A stretch of DNA of 35,616 nucleotides, from contig CAZXBZ010000002.1 in assembly GCA_964639135.1 (NCBI GenBank), positions 1 to 35,616 of the forward strand, written 5' to 3'. The DNA is from an uncultured Solibacteraceae bacterium (GTDB taxonomy: Bacteria > Acidobacteriota > Terriglobia > Bryobacterales > Bryobacteraceae). The notes beneath the pieces were generated by a model, which worked only from the letters and a program-made list of their open reading frames with translations, did no database searches and was not told the DNA's origin. This document shows, piece by piece, positions 1-7,900 of the stretch. A program made the translations under genes and the position numbers. Positions within the stretch are counted from its first letter, which is position 1. Each line of letters begins with the position of its first letter.

Positions 1-1
1 G

Positions 2-1951
2 GTACAGAAGATCGAAGAGAGCTCTCGGCAACTGGCGGAAGCGCTGGAGAGCGCGGTCCCGGTGATCATCACGACTTTGCAGAAGTTTCCGTTCGTCTCA
101 CGTCAGCTTCTGAAGATGGCCGAGGAGCGTGGGAACGGGTCGGGAACGCTCCCTACGCGGAAGTGCGCCGTGATCATCGACGAAGCGCATAGCTCGCAAG
201 GAGGCGAGACGGCGACGGAACTCAAAGGGGTTCTTGGCGGTGAGGCGCTACGGGCCGAAGCGAAGAAGCGAGCCGCCGAGGAAGGTAGCGAGGATCTAGA
301 AGGGTTATTCCGGAGCATGGCCAAGCGGGGGCGGCAGGCCAATCTGAGTTTCTTTGCCTTCACGGCCACGCCGAAGCACAAGACGTTTGCGGTCTTCGGC
401 CGAAATGGGGTTCCCGCGCACCGCTACACGATGCGCCAGGCGATTGAGGAACGGTTTATCCTCGATGTGCTGAAGAACTACACCACCTACGCGACCTACT
501 TCAGACTACTGAAAGCATGCGCGGACGATCCGAACGTCGAACGAAAGAAGGCGGCACGCGCTCTGGCGCGATTCATGAAGCTGCATCCGCACAACATCGC
601 ACAAAAGACTGAGGTGATGGTGGAGCACTTCCATGCGGTGACCCGGCACAAGATCGGTGGCCGCGCCAAGGCGATGGTGGTGACTGGATCTCGCCTGGAA
701 GCGGTGCGTTACAAACAGAGCTTCGACCGATACATAAAGAAGAAAGGCTATGCGATCCGGTCGCTGGTTGCGTTCTCGGGGATTGTGCAGGATCCCAAGG
801 TGAAGACGGTAACCTACTCCGAAGAGGAGATGAACGACGGCATCCGCGAAAAGGAATTGCCGGAGAGGTTCGCCTCGCCGGAATACCAGGTGCTGCTCGT
901 TGCGGAGAAGTATCAGACCGGTTTCGATCAACCTCTCCTGCACACGATGTACGTGGACAAAAGGCTGGCCGGTATCCAAGCGGTGCAGACCCTGTCGCGC
1001 CTGAACCGAACCCACCCGCTGAAGGAAGACACTTTCGTTCTCGACTTCGTCAACGACCGCGAGGAGATCCAGGAGGCCTTCAAAACCTACTATGAAGGCG
1101 CGGAGATGGGCGAAGAGGTGGATCCGGCGCGGATGTACCAGATCAAGTCGGAGTTGGACGCCTCCGGAATCTACCTCAGGGAGGAAGTTGAGCGCTTCCG
1201 CGAGATCTACTTCAAGCCGAAGCAGCGCCAGAGCATGCAGGACCACCAGGCAATGAACGCCGCGCTGGATCCGCCCGTATCTCGCTTCCAGGTCCTCCAG
1301 GAGAGGGCTGAAGAGGAAGCCGAGTTGTGGCGGGGGAAAGTTGTGGCGTTCCGCAACCTCTATGGCTTTCTCAGCCAGGTGATTCCCTATCAGGATTCAG
1401 ACCTGGAGGGGCTGTACATCTTCCTGCGTCACCTTTCGGCAAAGCTTCCGCGGCGCAAGGGTGGGTCGCCCTATCATTTCGATGAGGACGTCCGGCTGGA
1501 GTATTACCGGCTCCAGAAGATCAGTGAAGGCTCGATCTCTCTCGCGGAAGGGGAAGCGCGGGCCCTTGACGGTCCGGCGGAAGTCGGCAGCGGCGCGGCG
1601 CATGAGGAGGCCGTACCGCTGTCGCAACTGATCGATATCGTGAATGAGCGGTTCGGAACGGACTTCAACCAGGCCGACCAGTTATTCTTCGATCAGATCG
1701 TGGAGGTAGCCATCGGCGATGACGGACTCCGGCAGGCGGCGGCCGCCAACCCGGAAGACAAGTTCGAACTGGTATTCCGGAACCTGCTGGAGCGGCTGTT
1801 CGTGGAGCGCATGGACCAGAACGAAGAGATTTTTGTCCGTTTCATGAACGATAAGGCGTTTCAGAAGGTGGTGACGGCTTGGACGGCGGGGGAGGCCTAC
1901 CGGCGCTTGCGGGCGCAGCCGTCCGAGGAGCCGCCGCCTGCCTCGATGTGA
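2..1951 (+). CDS. hsdR: Type I restriction endonuclease R subunit (HsdR), 5'-truncated by the window edge
   Basis: Frame 2 is open from nt 2, with no stop before the GTG at 62, so the gene enters from upstream. SF2 helicase motifs are present: IITTLQKF, DEAH box VIIDEAHSS (nt 179-190), FFAFTATPKH and VAEKYQTGFDQPLLHTMYVDK. A long helical C-terminal tail typical of HsdR follows. Confidence 0.85.
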   Translation, partial: VQKIEESSRQLAEALESAVPVIITTLQKFPFVSRQLLKMAEERGNGSGTLPTRKCAVIIDEAHSSQGGETATELKGVLGGEALRAEAKKRAAEEGSEDLEGLFRSMAKRGRQANLSFFAFTATPKHKTFAVFGRNGVPAHRYTMRQAIEERFILDVLKNYTTYATYFRLLKACADDPNVERKKAARALARFMKLHPHNIAQKTEVMVEHFHAVTRHKIGGRAKAMVVTGSRLEAVRYKQSFDRYIKKKGYAIRSLVAFSGIVQDPKVKTVTYSEEEMNDGIREKELPERFASPEYQVLLVAEKYQTGFDQPLLHTMYVDKRLAGIQAVQTLSRLNRTHPLKEDTFVLDFVNDREEIQEAFKTYYEGAEMGEEVDPARMYQIKSELDASGIYLREEVERFREIYFKPKQRQSMQDHQAMNAALDPPVSRFQVLQERAEEEAELWRGKVVAFRNLYGFLSQVIPYQDSDLEGLYIFLRHLSAKLPRRKGGSPYHFDEDVRLEYYRLQKISEGSISLAEGEARALDGPAEVGSGAAHEEAVPLSQLIDIVNERFGTDFNQADQLFFDQIVEVAIGDDGLRQAAAANPEDKFELVFRNLLERLFVERMDQNEEIFVRFMNDKAFQKVVTAWTAGEAYRRLRAQPSEEPPPASM

Positions 1952-2206
1952 AAATTGCAGTCTGAAACTGTGGTCAGATTCGTGTCATCCTGTGCTTCCT
2001 ACCGATGCGCGCGGTTGCGCGCGGGTCGGAAGGAAAAGGCTGCATGTGTTTGAAGCTTTGGCGGTTTCGCTCAGCCCGGGGCAATTGAGCGCTATCGTGC
2101 GAAGGCTTTGATTCTGCGCCGGTTGATGGTTCGGGACCAGGAGACCGGGGGGCAAATTCTCTTGCCTTGGCCATGCGGAATTTCTCTCCTGGCCCTTTTT
2201 CTGGTG

Positions 2207-3127
2207 TCAAGGTCTGGAGAATTCCACGTTGCTTGCTGGGGCGTTGAGCAGCCATTCAATTCCCTTTGCCAGGGATTCGTTTACCGGGGAGCCGGGTACG
2301 GTGAAATCCGCGGCGGCTTTGGCGGAGGGTTTTGCGTGGCTCATGGCGATACCCATGCCGGCCCATTCGAGCATCGCGGCGTCGTTGTTGCCGTCGCCGA
2401 AGGCGGCGACGTCCCGCGCCTCCACTCCGTAATGCCGGGCCACATCCGCGAGGCCGGTCGCTTTGGTGACGCCGGGCGGCATGAATTCGAGGTACTCCGG
2501 GTCCGTGTGCGTCACGGTCAGGCGGCCGCGGTAGCGTGACGTGAGCTTCGGGGTTAGCTCAGCAATACGGTCCGGCTCCGCCATCCAGAGAAGCTTTTGG
2601 ATCTCGCCGGCCGGCACTTCCAGCAAGTCTGAAACCACAATCTGCGGGTCCGTGTTGCGGTTCTGGTCGTATTCGGTGAATTCCGTGCGGCGGTCGATGC
2701 AGGCCCCGGAGAGGCCGTAGAGCAGCAGAGAAACGCCCAGCCGCCGCCCCTCCTCGACGAGTCCGCGCACAAGCGCCGCGGGAAGCGGATGCTGAGCCCA
2801 GATCTCACCGCTTGCCACCTCCCTCACCAGCGCGCCGTTGACGGAGATCAGGGGCGTATCGAGACCAAGTTCCTGGTGGAAGGGGAGCATGTTTCCGTGG
2901 CTTCGTCCCGAGGCGAGCACCACGTGCGCGCCCAACTGGCGAAGCCGGCCGATGGCCTCGCGATTCGCGGAGCTGATGGCGCGGCCGCCATCCACCAGCG
3001 TATCGTCGATGTCGATGGCGGCAAGCTTCCAGCGGAAAGCGGCCTCGCGGGAGGCATCGGCCTCGTCCGGAGCTTTCGGCGCGCCTGGGGCGTTGCTATT
3101 CGGGGTGCGGTTCAAGGATAGGGGCAA
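2207..3127 (-). CDS. Cof-type HAD-IIB family hydrolase (probable sugar-phosphate phosphatase)
   Basis: HAD motif I AIDIDDTLV and motif IV GDGNNDAAMLEWAGMGIAMSHA, with a cap-sized insert between them. Only TTG starts are available (3127 or 3118). That leaves about 40 aa of low-complexity sequence before the nucleophile Asp. Confidence 0.8.
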   Translation of the reverse strand: MPLSLNRTPNSNAPGAPKAPDEADASREAAFRWKLAAIDIDDTLVDGGRAISSANREAIGRLRQLGAHVVLASGRSHGNMLPFHQELGLDTPLISVNGALVREVASGEIWAQHPLPAALVRGLVEEGRRLGVSLLLYGLSGACIDRRTEFTEYDQNRNTDPQIVVSDLLEVPAGEIQKLLWMAEPDRIAELTPKLTSRYRGRLTVTHTDPEYLEFMPPGVTKATGLADVARHYGVEARDVAAFGDGNNDAAMLEWAGMGIAMSHAKPSAKAAADFTVPGSPVNESLAKGIEWLLNAPASNVEFSRP

Positions 3128-3200
3128 CCTTCAGGGTCGCAAGCCGGCGGCGGCGCTGTCCAATCGCGTGGCGCGCAAACCGCCCCGGCGGCACTTTCGT

Positions 3201-4010
3201 CTAGAAGCGGATCACCTGCCCACCGTCCACGTTGATGCTTTGCCCGGTGACTTGCGCGGCACGGGCGGAGGAAAGAAACACCGCCATATCCGCGATGTCC
3301 TCCACCGTCTGCCAGCGGGCCAGCGGAGCCACGCTGCGCACCTTTTCTCCCGCCCAGTCCTCGTAGGAACGCTGTTTCCCAGGCGGCTGCTGGCGGTTCC
3401 AGGCTTCCCATACGGAGCGGTTGAGCGGCGTTTGCACCATCCCAGGATTGACGATGTTCACGCGCACCCCGCGCGGCGCCAGGTCTTTCGCCAGGCAGTG
3501 CGCGAAGTTGATGTTGGCGGCCTTGCTGGCGCTATAGGGCGGATCCGTCGGCGAGCCGATCTGTCCGGCGATGGAGCCGAGGAAGATCATCGTGCCTTCC
3601 TTCCGCTCCGCCATGCCGGGCGCCACCGCGTGGGCCACGTTCACCATGCCCATGATGTTCACTTCAAGCACGCGCCGCCAGTCCTCCGGCTCGAGGTTGG
3701 TGAATGGGAAGCCGTACTTTCCCGAGCCAATGGCCGCGGCGTGGACAAGGTGGATTACTGGGCCGAGGGTCTCTTCAACCTCGTGCACGGCCCGCTTGAT
3801 TCCCTCAAAATTCGTGATATCGGCCACAATCCCGAGAGAGCGCGCGCCGTAGGCGTCTTCCAGGGTGCGCGCGGCCTCCGCAACCTGTGCGTTTACGTCC
3901 CACAGCGCCACCTGGCAGCCTTCCCGCGCGAATGCACGAGCGCAGGCAAGCCCGATCCCGCTCGCGCCGCCCGTCACCACCGCCACATGTCCATTCAGTT
4001 CAAGGTTCAT
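3201..4010 (-). CDS. Short-chain dehydrogenase/reductase (SDR) family oxidoreductase
   Basis: Rossmann motif VVTGGASGIGLA, catalytic YSASK (Y-x3-K) and NIVNPG. Start set at ATG 4010 (MNLELNGHVAVVTGG). The longer ORF to 4205 adds 65 aa of non-protein-like sequence. Confidence 0.8.
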   Translation of the reverse strand: MNLELNGHVAVVTGGASGIGLACARAFAREGCQVALWDVNAQVAEAARTLEDAYGARSLGIVADITNFEGIKRAVHEVEETLGPVIHLVHAAAIGSGKYGFPFTNLEPEDWRRVLEVNIMGMVNVAHAVAPGMAERKEGTMIFLGSIAGQIGSPTDPPYSASKAANINFAHCLAKDLAPRGVRVNIVNPGMVQTPLNRSVWEAWNRQQPPGKQRSYEDWAGEKVRSVAPLARWQTVEDIADMAVFLSSARAAQVTGQSINVDGGQVIRF

Positions 4011-4222
4011 TCTTTCCAGCTTTCCGCGGCGGACCGTGCCGCGCTTCACCGTTTGCGTGCCCGGCCGTGTTTCTCTTGCTTGAGTGTAATGAAGCGGCTT
4101 CATCGAAGCCACCGTCCGCTTGCAAGCATCCTGCTTCTTGAGGGTGGCCCTCGCCGGCCACGCCGGGATTTTCGCCGCGAATCCGCTAGACTGTCGAAAG
4201 AGCATTTGCGGGGAGGAAGCAC

Positions 4223-5875
4223 ATGACCGTACACGAACTCGCGGGGGCCAAGCCGGCGGAATCCATGCTGGTGGATCTGGCCAGGCTCGAGGCCGCGTAT
4301 TACGAAGGCAAGCCAGACCCCGGCGAGGCCGCCCAGCGCGTGGCTTTCGGCACCTCCGGCCATCGCGGCAGTTCCTTGCACAACAGCTTCAATGAGAATC
4401 ACATCCTCGCCATCACACAAGCCATCTGCAATTACCGTGCCCGCGAGGGCACAAGCGGTCCGCTCTTCATCGGCAAGGATACCCACGCCCTCTCCGCTCC
4501 CGCGCTGCGCACCGCCCTTGAAGTGCTGGCCGCGAACGCGGTGGATGTGATGATTTCCGCGCGCACGGAATACACTCCCACTCCCGCTGTTTCCCACGCG
4601 ATCCTCTGCTACAATCGTGGCCGTTCGAGCGGCTTTGCCGATGGCATCGTGATCACGCCCTCGCACAATCCTCCCCAGGATGGAGGCTTCAAGTACAACC
4701 CGCCCGACGGCGGTCCGGCACAAAGCGGGGCTACCTCGGCCATCGAAGCGGAAGCAAACGCGCTTCTCGAATCGAACCTCGCGGGAGTGAAGCGCATTCC
4801 GTACGAACAGGCGCTCCAAGCGCCCGCCACCCGTAAGCACGATTATCTCGGCGCCTATGTGGCGGACCTTGCCCAGACGCTTGATTTTGACGCTATTCGC
4901 GTCGGCGGCCTCAAGCTTGGCGTGGACCCCCTCGGCGGCGCGGGCGTTCACTACTGGCCCGTGATCGCGGAGCAATACCGGCTCGATCTCACCATCGTGA
5001 ACGACCAGGTGGACCCCACATTTCGCTTCATGAGCATTGATTGGGACGGCAAGATCCGCATGGACCCCTCAAGCACATACGCCATGCGCGGCCTCATCGA
5101 ACTCAAGGACCGTTTTGACGTGGCTTTTGCCTGCGACCCGGATCACGATCGCCACGGCATCGTCACGCGCGGCGGAGGGCTTCAGCAGCCGAACCATTAT
5201 CTCGCCGCGTGTATTCAATATCTGTTTTCGAATCGTCCCGCCTGGGGCGCGAAGGTCGCGGTGGGAAAGACGCTTGTCAGCAGCGGCATGATTGACCGCG
5301 TGGCCGCGGCCTTGGGCCGGAGGCTGTTTGAAGTGCCCGTGGGCTTCAAGTATTTTGTGAACGGTTTGCTGCGTGGCGAGCTAGGCTTTGTGGGGGAGGA
5401 AAGTGCCGGGGCCACGCTTCTGCGGCGCGACGGTTCGGTGTGGACGACGGATAAAGACGGCATCGCCGCCGCGCTGCTCTCCGCCGAAATTACCGCCCGC
5501 GCGGGCAAGGATCCGGGGGAGATCTACCGCGGACTCACCGAAGCCTTCGGCGAGCCCGTCTATGAGCGCATCGAAGCGCCCGCGAATCTGGCCCAGAAGA
5601 AAGCTCTTTCCAATCTTTCGCCGGAGCAGGTGGAAAGCACCGAACTCGCCGGTGAGCCCATCACCGCGAAACTCACCGCGGCACCCGGCGACGGCAATAA
5701 AATCGGCGGTCTGAAGGTATGCACGGAGAACGGCTGGTTCGCGGCTAGGCCTTCCGGCACCGAGGATATTTATAAGATCTACGCCGAGAGCTTTCGCGGA
5801 GCGGCGCATCTGGAGAGGATCCAGGCCGAAGCACAACGGATTGTCGCCGCCGCGCTGAAAACAGCCGGCGTCTGA
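4223..5875 (+). CDS. pgm: Phosphoglucomutase, alpha-D-glucose phosphate-specific
   Basis: [10 protein letters not shown], phosphoserine loop [15 protein letters not shown], metal loop [10 protein letters not shown] and sugar loop GEESAG. GGAGGA lies 5 nt upstream of ATG 4223. Confidence 0.9.
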   Translation: MTVHELAGAKPAESMLVDLARLEAAYYEGKPDPGEAAQRVAFGTSGHRGSSLHNSFNENHILAITQAICNYRAREGTSGPLFIGKDTHALSAPALRTALEVLAANAVDVMISARTEYTPTPAVSHAILCYNRGRSSGFADGIVITPSHNPPQDGGFKYNPPDGGPAQSGATSAIEAEANALLESNLAGVKRIPYEQALQAPATRKHDYLGAYVADLAQTLDFDAIRVGGLKLGVDPLGGAGVHYWPVIAEQYRLDLTIVNDQVDPTFRFMSIDWDGKIRMDPSSTYAMRGLIELKDRFDVAFACDPDHDRHGIVTRGGGLQQPNHYLAACIQYLFSNRPAWGAKVAVGKTLVSSGMIDRVAAALGRRLFEVPVGFKYFVNGLLRGELGFVGEESAGATLLRRDGSVWTTDKDGIAAALLSAEITARAGKDPGEIYRGLTEAFGEPVYERIEAPANLAQKKALSNLSPEQVESTELAGEPITAKLTAAPGDGNKIGGLKVCTENGWFAARPSGTEDIYKIYAESFRGAAHLERIQAEAQRIVAAALKTAGV

Positions 5876-5915
5876 CCGTCCGAGGACGGCCGAGTGGCGG
5901 GGGCGCTCACTCCCC

Positions 5916-6515
5916 CTATTGAATAGTACTCGCGCCCTGAACGCCCATATCCGAGGTGATGACGTTCTTGTTTGTGTGGTTGTCCAGGTTGATGACGTAA
6001 GTCTCTTTCGCCGCCGCGAAAATCTCCGAGTGCGTCGCCGCGATGATCCGGAATTTCCGCTGGTCCACCAGTTCCATCATCATCTTGAGGACGCGGCGCT
6101 GGTTCGACGGGGAGAGCGCCATCTCCGGCTCGTCGAGCAGCAGAACCGTTCCATCCGGAAAATTGGGGAACGTCTGGTTGAACATCGAAAGCATCACCTG
6201 GCCGTGGCTCGCCATCTGAAGAAATTCCAGCATCTCCGGCTGGTCTTCAAACAGGTCGAGATGCGTCCTCGGGTTGTGCGCTTCCGCGTCGAACAGGAAG
6301 ATGTTCTTGGTATCCACTTCCTGCTTGTCCAGTTTGTAGACGAAGCCGTCCGCCTTCTCGCCTTTCAGCGCAAGATGAATGGTGTGCAGCAAGGTCGACT
6401 TGCCGCTGCCGTTCTCACCCTGAATCAGTGTCAGCGGATGGTGCAGATCCACGATGATCGGCATGTGGAAATTCAAATTCACCAAAATGGGATGAGCGAG
6501 GATTTTTAGATACAT
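5916..6515 (-). CDS. Small stand-alone ABC-like (AAA_21 / COG3910-style) ATPase, function unknown
   Basis: Walker A GENGSGKST, SHGQ loop, Walker B plus D-loop LLLDEPEMALSP and H-loop AATHS, all within 199 aa. Start set at ATG 6515 (MYLKIL). The ORF extension to 6713 is antisense to the aminotransferase and does not look like protein. Confidence 0.7.
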   Translation of the reverse strand: MYLKILAHPILVNLNFHMPIIVDLHHPLTLIQGENGSGKSTLLHTIHLALKGEKADGFVYKLDKQEVDTKNIFLFDAEAHNPRTHLDLFEDQPEMLEFLQMASHGQVMLSMFNQTFPNFPDGTVLLLDEPEMALSPSNQRRVLKMMMELVDQRKFRIIAATHSEIFAAAKETYVINLDNHTNKNVITSDMGVQGASTIQ

Positions 6516-7815
6516 GGCTTCCGATCCCGGCCCGCCAGATGCCTCGAACGGCACGCTTGAGCCGCAAGAAATTATAGATGATCGCGCGAACGATCCGTTC
6601 CAACTCTTTCCGAACGGGCGCGTTCCGTGGCCGGAGACTCCAAACGAGTGGAGCAGGCTCGCATCCGTCCGCCGGGCGCGCGGGCTGCCGGTCTTCGATT
6701 TGACAATTTCCAACCCCAGCCGGGCCGCGCTTGGCGACGCGGGGCTCTCGCTTCGCCTCGCCCTGGCCCAAGCCCCTTCTTTTGACTATAACCCCCATCC
6801 TCAGGGCGCATGCGACGCGCGCCGGGCGGTGGCGGCGTGGTACGCGGACCGCGCGGACCGCGCCCCTTCGGCCGCGCTCTCCCCGGAGCGGATCTTCCTC
6901 ACCGCGTCGAGCAGCGAATCCTATGCGTTTCTTTTCCAGGCTCTCTGCGCCCCTGGCGACGAAATCCTCGTGCCTCTCCCCTCCTATCCGCTCTTCGAAT
7001 ACCTTGCCGGGCTGAACGCCGTTGAGCCGCGAAGCTACAGGCTGCGTTACCACGCCGAGTGGATGATCGATTTCGATTCCATCGAGCGCGCGCTCACGCC
7101 CCGGACCCGCGCCCTCGTGGTAGTGAACCCGAATAACCCCACCGGCAGCTATATTTCGGAACCGGAGGCGCACCTTCTTCTGGAGTTTTGCGCGGCGCAT
7201 CGCCTAGCGCTGATCGCGGACGAAGTGTTCGAAGAGTACGCGCTCACGCCATCGCACGCGGGCCGCGCTTCCTTCTCCCGGCCGAGGGAGCGCGCTCTCT
7301 GCGTCTCCCTTGGCGGGCTTTCGAAATCGGCCGGATTGCCCCAGATGAAGCTGGGCTGGATGATTCTCAACGGGCCGGAAAAAACAGTGGAGGAGTTGCG
7401 CGGCCGTCTGCTGCTTGTGGCGGATACCTACCTCTCCGTTTCCACGCCCATACAGGCCGCCCTTCCCTCTCTGCTTGACGCGGGCCGCGCCATCGGCGAT
7501 GCCATCCGGGAACGTCTGCGCGTCAACATCGAGCGTCTGCGGGACATTGCCGCCGGCGCGCCGCATCTCACCGTGCTTCGGGTGGAGGGCGGCTGGAATG
7601 CCGTGCTGCGCCTTCCCAGTTTCCGGACGGATGCCGAGTGGTGCGGCGGGCTGATCGAGCATGAGGGCGTGCTTGCGCAGCCGGGCTATCTTTACGATTT
7701 TGAACAGGACGCAATGCTGGTTCTCAGCCTGCTCACGCCTCCCGCCATGTTCGCGGAGGGCGTGGAGCGGCTCCGTGCGTTCGTGGAAGCCGCGGTCCGT
7801 TCCGGGGCCACATAG
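6514..7815 (+). CDS. Pyridoxal phosphate-dependent aminotransferase, class I/II
   Basis: VVNPNNPTGSY, PLP-lysine region SLGGLSKSAGLPQMKLGW and N-terminal DLTISNPS motif. ATG 6514 is the only conventional in-frame start before the conserved region. Confidence 0.8.
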   Translation: MASDPGPPDASNGTLEPQEIIDDRANDPFQLFPNGRVPWPETPNEWSRLASVRRARGLPVFDLTISNPSRAALGDAGLSLRLALAQAPSFDYNPHPQGACDARRAVAAWYADRADRAPSAALSPERIFLTASSSESYAFLFQALCAPGDEILVPLPSYPLFEYLAGLNAVEPRSYRLRYHAEWMIDFDSIERALTPRTRALVVVNPNNPTGSYISEPEAHLLLEFCAAHRLALIADEVFEEYALTPSHAGRASFSRPRERALCVSLGGLSKSAGLPQMKLGWMILNGPEKTVEELRGRLLLVADTYLSVSTPIQAALPSLLDAGRAIGDAIRERLRVNIERLRDIAAGAPHLTVLRVEGGWNAVLRLPSFRTDAEWCGGLIEHEGVLAQPGYLYDFEQDAMLVLSLLTPPAMFAEGVERLRAFVEAAVRSGAT

Positions 7816-7856
7816 CGCGCACCGGACTTCCGGCACGGCTGGCCCGATGAATTCAC

Positions 7857-7888
7857 GGGCGGCCGTCTTCGCGATGCCGCCCTGTTTT
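7857..7888 (+). terminator. Candidate intrinsic terminator after the aminotransferase
   Basis: Perfect 7-bp GC stem gggcggc (7857-7863) / gccgccc (7876-7882) with a 12-nt loop, followed by tgtttt (7883-7888). It sits in the 85-nt convergent gap. Confidence 0.4.
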
Positions 7889-7900
7889 GAGGCCGTTCGT

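Noticed and set aside
4011-4205. N-terminal extension of the SDR ORF (334-aa version)
   Set aside because: The extension would add 65 aa of basic, low-complexity sequence before the Rossmann motif and would consume the whole divergent promoter region. The ATG at 4010 gives a canonical SDR length.
2838-4226. 462-aa plus-strand ORF spanning the HAD and SDR genes
   Set aside because: It is antisense to two genes with clear family motifs. Its translation is Arg/Ala/Pro/His-rich with no motifs, which is the typical shadow ORF of high-GC DNA.
4100-4975. 291-aa minus-strand ORF overlapping the pgm 5' region
   Set aside because: It is antisense to a confidently identified pgm and has no recognisable motifs and an Arg/Gly-rich composition.
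6516-6713. N-terminal extension of the ATPase ORF (265-aa version)
   Set aside because: The extra 66 aa are antisense to the aminotransferase and not protein-like. The ATG at 6515 leaves a normal ~33-aa lead-in to the Walker A motif.
1-7900. Idea that hsdR plus the orphan ATPase form one defense island
   Set aside because: Four housekeeping-type genes (HAD, SDR, pgm, aminotransferase) lie in and around the interval, and no nuclease, methylase or mobile-element gene is present. Proximity alone is not evidence.
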